Of a stretch of 64,000 bases of DNA, positions 33,100 to 43,200 are shown piece after piece. Source of the DNA: Lingula anatina (Eukaryota; Animalia; Brachiopoda); NCBI GenBank assembly GCA_051362555.1, contig CM120649.1, positions 18,552,567 to 18,616,566 of the forward strand. The letters run 5' to 3'. Numbering within the stretch: the first letter of the stretch is position 1; each line of letters opens with the position of its first letter. The notes beneath the pieces are model-generated. The model did not search any database. It worked only from the letters and a program-made list of their open reading frames with translations, and had not been told where the DNA came from. A program made the position numbers and the translations under genes.

Positions 33100-34312
33100 C
33101 TAGCACTTAGAACAATGCCAGAGTGAGCATTGCATGTACCAATAGTCTAGACTATCACCTACCTCGTCCAATGTGTAAATGTATCAGTGCCTGGGCAACC
33201 ATCATCTGACCACAACGCAGCATACAACCCCAGCCCTGGTCTGACACGGGACCTGTACCTCCTGGGTAAAGAAAACAACTCATGTATCTACCTAGGCCAA
33301 TGCAAGGAACAATTGCCAAATCGTATTCTACCTACGCCAATGCAAGGAACAATTGCCAAATCATATTCTGCCTAGGCCAATGCAAGGAACAATTGCCAAA
33401 TCGTATTCTACCTAGGCCAATGCAAGGAACAATTGCCAAATCGTATTCTACCTACGCCAATGCAAGGAACAATTGCCAAATCATATTCTGCCTAGGCCAA
33501 TGCAAGGAACAATTGCCAAATCGTATTCTACCTAGGCCAATGCAAGGAACATTTGCCAAATCGTATTTCTACCTAGGCCAATTCAAGGAACAATTGCCAA
33601 CTCATATATACTAGGCCAAGGAGGTAATGTATTTGCTTTTGTTCTGTTGGCAGTTATCAGCCTACTAGACACTAAGAAGTTTTAAATGATACTTGCCAAT
33701 GGCACTGAAACCTCTCCTGTAGGTGAACCACAGTCTAGACAGTATGTCACCCATCAGCTCATCCATGTCTGAAATTATCACAGTATTATTTCCATGTATT
33801 AAAAAAATAAATAATTCTAATGCAACTGATCCTATTATTCTACTTTAGTAAATAAAATGATTTGATAGTTAAATCTTTGCTAGGCAACATCTTTAACAAG
33901 AGTTCTATCAAATGATTTCACAGAGGTGAAGGATACTGTATATTGGCAACAAAATACCGTATAGTGTGCTGTAAGATTTCCCCAGTATATACACTGGTTG
34001 TTCAGTCTTTGGGAACCCTTCATGTTCAAGTAATCCTGGTTCATATGTATAGGCAGCTGTAAATAGAACAGGTTATGGTTATTTAAGGGATAATAACTGG
34101 TCACTTTGGTCAAAAATGGGTTTTCCTGGGGTAAATGACAATTTTCCCATACTAACCAATGATTTATGAATCTATTCTGATATTCAAAGTTAGTCCGTGT
34201 TTTTTTTTCTTTGTAATATTCTATTGGGAGATTATTTTGAAGGTATAGCCATCTACACATGGTTTGATTGTGATAACTGCTGTTTTGGTATTAAAATGAA
34301 ATATATTTCTAT

Positions 34313-34370
<58 letters not shown>

Positions 34371-35349
34371 TATATATTTATTGTGAAGTTGTTATCCTTT
34401 TAACCACATCAGTTTAGGTAAGATAGGAAGTGTCTAAACTTATGCCCTTCCTGTACTCTGCTACTAGCCATAGTTAAAGCAACAAAACTCAGGTAGTAAG
34501 AGTCTAAGAATATCCGAGGGCATATCAAACTATGTGACCCATACTAACAACACTGTGCCAACCCAGGTGCTCACTTGGAATATATCAAAACAGTCTTTCA
34601 TCAGGGTGCACACATTTTTTTCTAACCGAGTAAGAAAATTAAGCAATGGAAGGAGGGGTTAAAATCTGACATTCAGGGGCAGTTTTTATAGAGGTTCGCA
34701 AAATCAAACAACTAGCACCACTAACTTTTGTTCTGAGCTCTCTACTTTCATTCTCTACTCTAGAATCATTTTCGTTTAGCTTGTCATGAGGCCTTGAATA
34801 GCAGAGTTACAGCTTTAAATTAGAAAAAGAAAGCATAAAAATAATAAACGTTCTTGTAGAATATGAAATGATACACTATGGTATTACTATGCTATTTGAA
34901 ACGATACGCCTTTTATGGTGGTATTTGGTCGTCATTCACTTGACAACTGGCTTCAAATGCATATTAAGTGAAATGCAACGTACCATAGAAAGAAGTAGAT
35001 CTACGTGCTTTTATACTCCCACTAAATAACACAGAGAACATGGGTGAAAAGTGCAATATAAATATTACTCGAAATATTACACCAATACATTGCCACATGC
35101 ACTAGTCACTACTTGAGGTTTCATAACACAACACAGCTGTGCAAAATGAACGACGAAATCAGCTGACTTAATCCGGAAGTAGTTGATAAATATTGATCAT
35201 TTGACATCGCAGATACGTCAGATCCTCCTACGATATAGCTTTCGGCTACAAAATTGACCGTGAGTCTTTCCTATTCTTTGTTTTTATATCATGGAGCACA
35301 AAAATATTCAGAAAAATACTTTTTTACCTGCTACCATTTCTTCCATCAT
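29181..35349 (-). CDS. ATG4B: Cysteine protease ATG4 (ATG4A/B type, peptidase C54), about 438 aa
   Basis: 11 exons: 35328-35349, 33958-34056, 33697-33768 (LWFTYRRGF; GC donor), 33163-33261 ([14 protein letters not shown], catalytic Cys), 32824-32922 (YSIHQI), 32253-32405 (WFGPNTIAQ), 31301-31635 ([14 protein letters not shown]), 30666-30744 ([16 protein letters not shown]), 30125-30261 (YLDPH, catalytic Asp/His; LDPSIAV), 29823-29985 (GFFCKTE), 29181-29239 (DEEYELL*, C-terminal LIR). Total 1317 nt, in frame. Confidence 0.95.
29292..29458. mobile_element. Small MITE or inverted repeat in the last ATG4 intron
   Basis: Perfect 21-bp inverted repeat TAGTAGACCTCACATATAGTT (29292-29312 / 29438-29458). 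Confidence 0.6.
30211..30514. repeat. 68-69 bp tandem repeat (about 4.4 units) spanning an ATG4 intron/exon boundary
   Basis: Units start at 30211, 30279, 30347, 30416 and 30485 (partial). Each full unit contains the 3' splice site and the first 51-52 nt of exon 9. Confidence 0.92.
33291..33619. repeat. 40-bp minisatellite (about 8 units, 120-bp higher-order period) in ATG4 intron 3
   Basis: Unit CCTAGGCCAATGCAAGGAACAATTGCCAAATCGTATTCTA; a variant unit recurs at 33331 and 33451. Confidence 0.92.
34087..34399. mobile_element. TTAA-flanked MITE (family of 6884-7213) in ATG4 intron 1
   Basis: Colinear with 6884-7213, TTAA flanks, internal poly-T expansion. Confidence 0.6.
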
Positions 35350-35500
35350 TTTCAGACGACAATAACAAAGCAAACGCGCATGCGTGCAACAAAATTTGTG
35401 AAATCCCCGCTGATTGGTAGAAAAATTAAAGCCGAAAGTTTGTGTCCAATCAAATCAAAGGTATTATTTAAGTGGTGGTAGCGCGACATCTGGCGGCGCT
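35350..35500. promoter_or_regulatory. Putative bidirectional promoter shared by ATG4 and nitrobindin
   Basis: Less than 250 bp separates the ATG4 start codon (35349, minus) from the plus-strand first-exon donor (35588). Contains NRF1-like CGCGCATGCGTG 35375-35386, oppositely oriented CCAAT boxes 35413-35417 and 35446-35450, and CTCF-like CCGCCAGATGTCGC (minus) 35483-35496. An ETS site CCGGAAGT lies at 35173-35180. Confidence 0.6.
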
Positions 35501-35587
35501 GTGTGACCTTGATGTTGTCCTTAACACAGAAAACGAGCAAGAACTCACCGTTCGCGGCTGCTTGAACGCTGGAAACGTGTTAGAAGG
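35500..35587 (+). other. Probable non-coding first exon of the nitrobindin gene (start approximate)
   Basis: Strong donor GG|GTAAGT at 35588; the next exon has acceptor TTTCAG at 36361 and contains the start codon. Confidence 0.55.
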
Positions 35588-36395
35588 GTAAGTTATGTCA
35601 GACAGACGCAGTTTTGTCACACGCAACAGCAGTTAAAACAGGAGGGACGATGAAGTTCTCGTACAGTATTCTGAAAGGTCGAAATGTTTTTTTGGAGAGA
35701 ATACGTTGTTATGCATGGGTGACATCTAACTGTGGGAAAGACAAGTCTTGTGGGTCAGTAAAAATTATTCAGTTTTTTGAAAAGACAACTTAGGAATAGG
35801 TCTGGATAATTACGATAAACTCGGACACATTTACAGTCTTCGTCTTTCCATGTGATACTTAAGTATGAGTGGAGTTAAGTATTTTTCAGTGACCTTTTTC
35901 TTCTCAGGCCAATCCTAGATTATTTTATCACACTTAACCTTAATGTTTACTTAACGAGTGTATGTTGACACTCCTTGTTAAGTGGATTAGTAAATGTAAA
36001 AGCTAAAAAGGTCCATTTGGGTTAATGTTATTTATGTAGCTTAATTTATCTGGGATTTCAAAACTGTATTTATTTATTTCATTTTATTATTTATCTCTTT
36101 ATATTTATTTATTTAGTGCCATAATAACTGATGCAGATGATTGAAGTATGATACATCTAAGGCCTTATGCCAACAAATGTTGAATTTTTTTTTCTGTTCA
36201 TTAAGAAGATGGAAAATCTGTTAATCATGAAAGAAATCAAAAGAAATAGAATGTGTCAGACCTTGATTTAATTGATAGCTTGTATGCCTTGGGTCAAGTC
36301 CTGAAATACCTCACTTGTGATAACATCCATGTGTTTGTTTGATGTTTTTCTTTTCTTTCAGAAGTGCATGCAGTAGTATAACACCAGTCAGACTC

Positions 36396-36626
36396 ATGTC
36401 ATGCTGTAAGTATGTTGTATTTATAATTTGTCATTTATTTTTCCTGAATATTTATACAAAATGTTTAACTGCAAATATTTTGGCAATTTAAGTAAATGTT
36501 AAATTTGATATGTTTTGATAATGAGGTCACATTTTTACTAGGCATTTCACAGTCATTTTTTTCACCTATCACCGTTAATGGGTTGAGGTTCTTTTCCCCA
36601 AAAAACATAAATCATCTAAAATTAAA

Positions 36627-36677
<51 letters not shown>

Positions 36678-39600
36678 CTGTTTTTTGGTGATGAATTATT
36701 GAAAACTGTCATGTTTTAGATTTCACAAGGGTTTTTGGAATTGGTCAGTTATAAAAAAGTAAAGACTTTACTGACCTACCTGCAGAAATTCATTCCTACA
36801 TCCTAAAAGTTTGTTTGGTAAAAAGAAAAATTTAAAGAATTAAGCCAAATCTGTTTTCAAGGTCACATTATTTCCAGCAAAACCACCTCAGCTGCATGAA
36901 GTCGTCAAACCTTTAGCATGGCTACTGGGAAAATGGCGATCAGAGCACGGCCGAGGGATGTACCCAACAATGAAGAACTTCACTTATGGAGAAGAGGTGG
37001 AGTTCTCACATATAGGACAGCCCAATCTACAGTATAGGTAGGTGTGAGTTTACTGTCCATGGTATAGGTAGGTATGAAAGTGTTCTGGACCATGCTTGAA
37101 GAATTTTTCAATGTAACAATACAAGACAGTAATATGTAATCATTATGAAGTCCACTGTTAATGAAGTAGATGCCCACATATATAAATATATAAAAAAAAA
37201 ATTTTTCTAAAAAGGAATACATTTATATGTGAACAAAAATCCTGAGATGCAAAGAGATTAGAAAGATGACTGACTATGAAGTAACAGATATTGATCAACT
37301 ATGCCCTGTCAGAGGCAGCCTTGGTGATGACATATTTGTAGAAAAATTCTCACAGTACAGAAATAAGCACAGCTAGTGAAAATAGTCACAGAAATGTCTG
37401 TTGACACTTTGGTGTGTGTCTGACTTTGTGATAATTGACAAGTGGGTGATGTGTTATTCATGCACCTGTCAGTGCAGGTGGTTAGTCAACCATGTAACCA
37501 GGTTTATAAAAGCTGAAGTTGATATGGAATGAAGGGCACCTGTTCCATTCCTCTTTATAAGTGCTTAGTTGAATGCCAGAAAAGGATTCTTTTGTTGTCT
37601 TCGATACTTTTTTTTGTCCAAAATCTTATTGTTCGAATCAGTTTTAGGTACCTTGTGAAAAAACCATGTATGATTGTTTTTGAATGCTGAAATTCATAAC
37701 CCTGCAAAAAAAAAAAAAAAAAAAAAAGGAAGAGAAAAAAGGAATAAAACAAACACGCAAGGAGTGCATTAACTATGCCTTAACCAGGCAAAGGGAAGTA
37801 GAATCTTCAAAAATGTACTGTACCCCAGTATATATATAAGATATTTCGGAGTTTGCAACTCGATACATTAATGATTGGTAATTGTATAAGAAAATGGTGA
37901 AGAATACCTGGTGAATTTGCTGTGTATAAAACGGGCTACTGGCAGTACGTGACTGGCCATATTTTTACATTTACTTAACCTAGGCTAGCTAGGAATCTAA
38001 AACATCTCAATATGCATTGGTTTGTTGCTTCACATACTGTATACAATAGTATGGTAACTGAAAACAATGGGATATGGTCCTTTAAAAAATGCGTAGAGTT
38101 GCCACGCAGGCCGTCATGGGTCACCAGAGGGGTTCCCCATACATACATACATTTCACCTAGGTCTCTACTGTACGTTCTACATACACCCCATTTCCATAG
38201 ATTAGATCGACCTACTTTAGATCGACCTAACTCCCTGGGGGTTCACGCTAAATAGCTGTCAGCCGGGCGGACACGAAAGTTAATTACCTCTTACAGCTTG
38301 TAGTAGGCGGGGACGGACACTTAAGGGGGATTATCTGACAGTAATCTAGTGAGACTCCCCGCAGTGATAGATCGATCTAAAGTTGTGGGAATAGACCCTT
38401 AGATTAAAGCAATGTTGCAAGTACTCTTGCTGAATGTTTCACAGATTAACATGCCTCCTCTTTTTGCCAGCGCTCTCCCATAACCACCAGATCTTAAAAA
38501 TTCTACTCAATGTCAGGAGAGGTGTGTTAATTTGATTACATTCAGTTAGGTTCCCTACGGAATTGGATCAATACCTATAGAACAAAGTTTCATTGTTAAT
38601 GAGCTCTAGGTCAGTTTTGTATATGTTGCTTAATGTTTTATGTTACAAGTAGCATCCAGTTGCATTTGTAAGAAACGTGTGATGTACCTTTTACATATAC
38701 CTATGACAAATGTCCTAAACTTATATAATTTTGAACGCTTAATTCAAGCGTGGACTCGAAATAGGACATTACGTTTTAGACTTACATAGTGGATAACGCC
38801 ATCCGAAGATTCCAGGGTTCGTGTCAGATTTACGTAAGGTCGCGCAAAGAAAACCCAAGTCCACATAATGACCAGTTAAATGATTTATTCGTTGACGCTA
38901 GGTAACTACATATTCTAAGTGAATTAAGTCTCCATCTCTTAACTCGTCCGCTCCGTGCTCCGTCACTTCCAATCTCCTCCTCCGCTGCTTCCTTCTACAT
39001 GTCTCCCGTATATCTCCCTGTTCAATCCTCATCACTTACTTTAAATACTATTTTGTTATCTTTACATGGATCCAGTGCTGCACTAGTATGAGTGTTAAAA
39101 ATAAATACCTACAGTTACAATTGTTATTATTAATATTATGACTTTTCTATTTGAAAGGCCATATGGTTCAACTGATAAAGTTTGCACATGATTTTTTATA
39201 ACAAAAGATTATTGATGTAACCTTGATCTTTCAAAAGTTTTTAGAGCAAGTAAGTCAACAACAAGCCATTGTGTAGCTGATGCACTTAATTGACAACCAT
39301 ATACACAACATTTCATATTAAATTAGTTTATTTTTACTCAGTTGAGTTGTTTGACAGAACCAACGATAAACTACTCGGCATCCATAATTTGCCTGCATTT
39401 TTACTCCCAACTTAATAAATAACTGATGGCACTGAAAACTCCTTTCACACTCTGCATAGTAACCCAGATAATGCCCAGGGATTTGACCTTTTTTTGAGAT
39501 GTGAACTTTTCCACCCATAACTTATATTTTATGTGGGGCCTTGTGCGTGCCACCTTGATAAAAACACCTTTAGAATTCCCACTGTTTTGTCAGGTGAAAC

Positions 39601-40225
39601 ATTCTTTACCTATTGTGTGTGGTTATTTGAGGTCAAGCCAAGGGGGTGTGATCAGCTGTTATTTTTTAGGTTATATACTATATGATGGCATGGCATTGTA
39701 CATGGCCCTATTCACCTGGTGCAATATGTGCACACTTTTGAGAGATTGACAGCTTAATAACCTGGCTATTGTAGAAGACGATCAAGAAAAATTAACAGAG
39801 CTTCTCTGCTCTAATTCAGGACTTGCATTGTACAACATAATTTCTCCTCTACATTTGCTCAGAATTAAATCCCTGTCTTCTCTACATCAAGATTTGCATT
39901 GAACAATTTCTTGATTTCTGTGTTACAATTTGCCAAGAATGAAACTTCTCCCTTTTTTTTTTAATTCAGGATTTATATTGTTCAGTATCACATACAGTTT
40001 TATATGCTACATTTGCCAGTATAACTGTATTTAAGTTCCTCTCTGCTCTGTTCCAGGGCCTACTCTTGGATGGGTGACCACGACACCCCGATGCACAGGG
40101 AGATAGGATATGTCAGGCTACAGCCTGGTAGTCTACATGTGGCCTTCATCATAGCTCATAATACGGGTGAGGATGGGGCTCCTCTTGGGTGAGGGGTTGG
40201 AAACTGCTAGGTGCCACCTGCTGGC

Positions 40226-40276
<51 letters not shown>

Positions 40277-43200
40277 GTTATTTTTGTAATGAAGTTTTGA
40301 GCTGGTAAGATAGATTTGTTAATACTGAGTTGCTATATCTTTTATGTCAGAGGTCAGACATATGAATATATATAAATGTACAAATTTGGAAATAACTTAT
40401 GCACATATTTTGTTCCAGCCTGACAAAATAAATCATATACTACAAAATGCTGTTTTAAAAAGCATGCTTGCAGTGTCTACCACTTCAACACTCTTGCTTT
40501 ATTCTGTGCAAATGATGGAAATTTTGCCTTGGTGTTTTTAGAAAGCCAGTTCTGCTCACTTTTGTTCAAAATGTTTGTTAAGATTTGAGATTTTAATTAG
40601 TTGTCAGTGGTATAATCTCATCAGAGCAATGATTACCTGTAGATAGTGAGGCAAGAAGCATGTCATTCCAAAATAATTCACACACACTAAGAAAAGCCAG
40701 AAATTTACTTACAAGTACATGTTTGTGAAAACCCTCTTTACAATACATTTACATTATTAGCACATTTAACTTTAATGATTTACATCCACTGGAATTTATA
40801 GTACCACCACCTTAATACACAGCTGGGGGGGGGGGGGGGTATTTCTGATTCAAGCACCTGTCTTGTGTATATGCCCACATCTGCATCTGTGCCAAATACT
40901 ATGCTACAAATACACACAAGACTTTGCTACTCAGGGCAACTTCTTTATCTCCAAATTTCCATTCATACCTGCTTGTTGCATGTGAACTTTACCATCTATT
41001 CAGTGCATTGCACTGGATCAATATATTCAGTGTATTGCATTCCCTGCTGTGGAACCAGGAAATCTGGACAACTTTTTAATGATATTTTGTTTTTTATTGG
41101 CCTGGCAAGCTTCCAAGCATGGCGAGCATCGAATCTGAGGCTCGAAGAACGAAGACATTTCAAAGACTTTTTTTCTGATTTTTACTTGTCACTTGAATTT
41201 TATCCTTGATTTATTTATCCATTTATTTTTATTTCCTTTAATATTATTATTATTATTATTATGTACCAGTCAATATGCATGACCTCTATTTATAGCCCAG
41301 TTTATATGTTAATTTGCATGTCACTGCCCCCCCCCCTCTTTATTTCCTTTCTTTCTTCCCGTGTAACAACTCAAAAACATGTCACAGACTATAAATTTCT
41401 TTTGCTTGTTTGTGTTTCTGCAAATTATTTAAAGCTCTGTTCACTATATGCACGTTTGATTGCAGCAGTTTTGCTTCAGTGATCTTTATATCTGCAGCGT
41501 TTGTTTGGCTCTAGGCTTGTCTGAGGTAGAGGAGGGGGAACTGGCGGGCCGCTCCATGCACCTCACTTCTACTCAGTGTGTTCGGGTGTCTTTTGGTAAA
41601 GAACCGGCAGTGAAGAAGGTGAAACAAATTTTTCTTTGAGTAATGTTTTCTACATCTCTGTGATTTTGAAGTGAAGGAAATAGGAACAAACATGGAAATC
41701 CTGTCATCTTAGGCCGCATTCAGAACAGTGGACTGTGACACTCTGAGGGCCAAATATGACTATCCACTGAAAAGTGTGCCATCTAATCCGCTATTAGAGA
41801 CTGAATAGATTCCCATGGGGAAGAATTCAAGTGGGTCGGCCATGTTTGACCCTCGGTTAGTTAGTCAATTATTCTGAATGCAGCCTAAGAGGAAACTTCT
41901 TTTATTTGGTATACTTTTGGCAAGTTTTTGCTTCCCCAAGAGTAATCTGAACTCTTTTAACACAGTTTATTTATTTAGTTATTTTTTCACTTTACTTGTT
42001 TGTTATCACAACTTTTTTTCGGGATGTTATTTCCAAAACATTCATTTTGAAAGTGTTGTTATCACTTCACTCGTGTTTAAATATGTTATATAATTTATTC
42101 ATTCTTTTATCTCTATTTATCTATTACTAGCATGCACTTGCTTTGCTATGCTTTAGGTGTGGCTGTTATATATAATTCCAGTGTTCTAATTTGCATGGGT
42201 TGCTATGGACATTTAAAGACGTATTGCCACACAAGTTAGGCAGCCCATCTCTTAAACCCATCACCATAGTTTGATGCAGGCTGTCAGGCTCTTCAGACAA
42301 TAAAATGATTGTGTATTTATCGTTGGGAATTTATTTATTTATTTATTTATTGACAATAAATACACAATTACTTTATTGTCTGAAGAGCCTGAAAGAGGCC
42401 AATACATTTATGACAAATTATTAGCCATTCCAATCATAATGTGACTTGTTTTGACTTTTAAAAAAATTATTTATTTAAATAGGTGTGAAGGAATTTCACT
42501 CACTGACTGTGGTGAGCATATCTGTATAAGGCACTCCCTAGAGAATGGGTAGCCTATCTGCACTATAAATACACCTAATTGTTTGTGTTCTCTATCAACC
42601 TACTTGTGTGGTTTGAGAATATACTGTTATATTTTTTTTATCTATTTTAATGACGTGTGATACTGTATGTCTGTTCATTAAACTTGCACCACACACATTT
42701 TTGCAGAAAGTACCATGAAACAGCTACGTATTCTTCCATTACCCTTTGCGGGGAAAAAATCCGAACAAAAAACTTTATACATTTCAGGGTTATGATTTGC
42801 ATATTCCGTGATTGAGAGAAACAAGAACTATTACTTCCACCACCACCCCTTTCTTATCCCTTATCCCTTATCCTATTGTCACCCATCCTGGTGATCCTCC
42901 ATCCCTTAACTATCCCTTAACACCTGTCAGGATTGTGTTACATGTTACAATTTCAGGTTTGTCTGAAGTAGAAGAAGGGGAAGTTAATGGAACGACAATA
43001 AAACTTGAATCAAAAGGAATTTCCAGGCTGTCATTTGGCAGTGAACCCTCAGTGAAGAAGGTAGATTTCTGTTGAATGGCTTTTGAACCACTCTTTAAAT
43101 TTTTGATCTATGTTTGTGTTTGATTTTCTGGTTGAACGTACAAATTTTAGTTCTCTTGGAATGTCTTTCCTCTATGTATTTCTTAATTTTTTCTTTGGAA

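Noticed and set aside
33291-33619. Regular repeat array resembling CRISPR; ORFs 33187-33375 and 33282-33614
   Set aside because: Contiguous units without unique spacers, inside a eukaryotic intron, with no cas genes. The ORFs are repeat artefacts antisense to ATG4.
35588-36361. Search for a THAP zinc-finger exon upstream of nitrobindin
   Set aside because: No open frame with the C2CH/AVPT signature was found, so the gene is treated as THAP-less.
39594-39680. Segment LPIVCGYLRSSQGGVISCYF loosely resembling nitrobindin exon 4 (a possible second alternative exon)
   Set aside because: Splicing at the available acceptor gives an immediate stop (AG|G TGA), the PMHRE motif is absent, and length and donor do not match.
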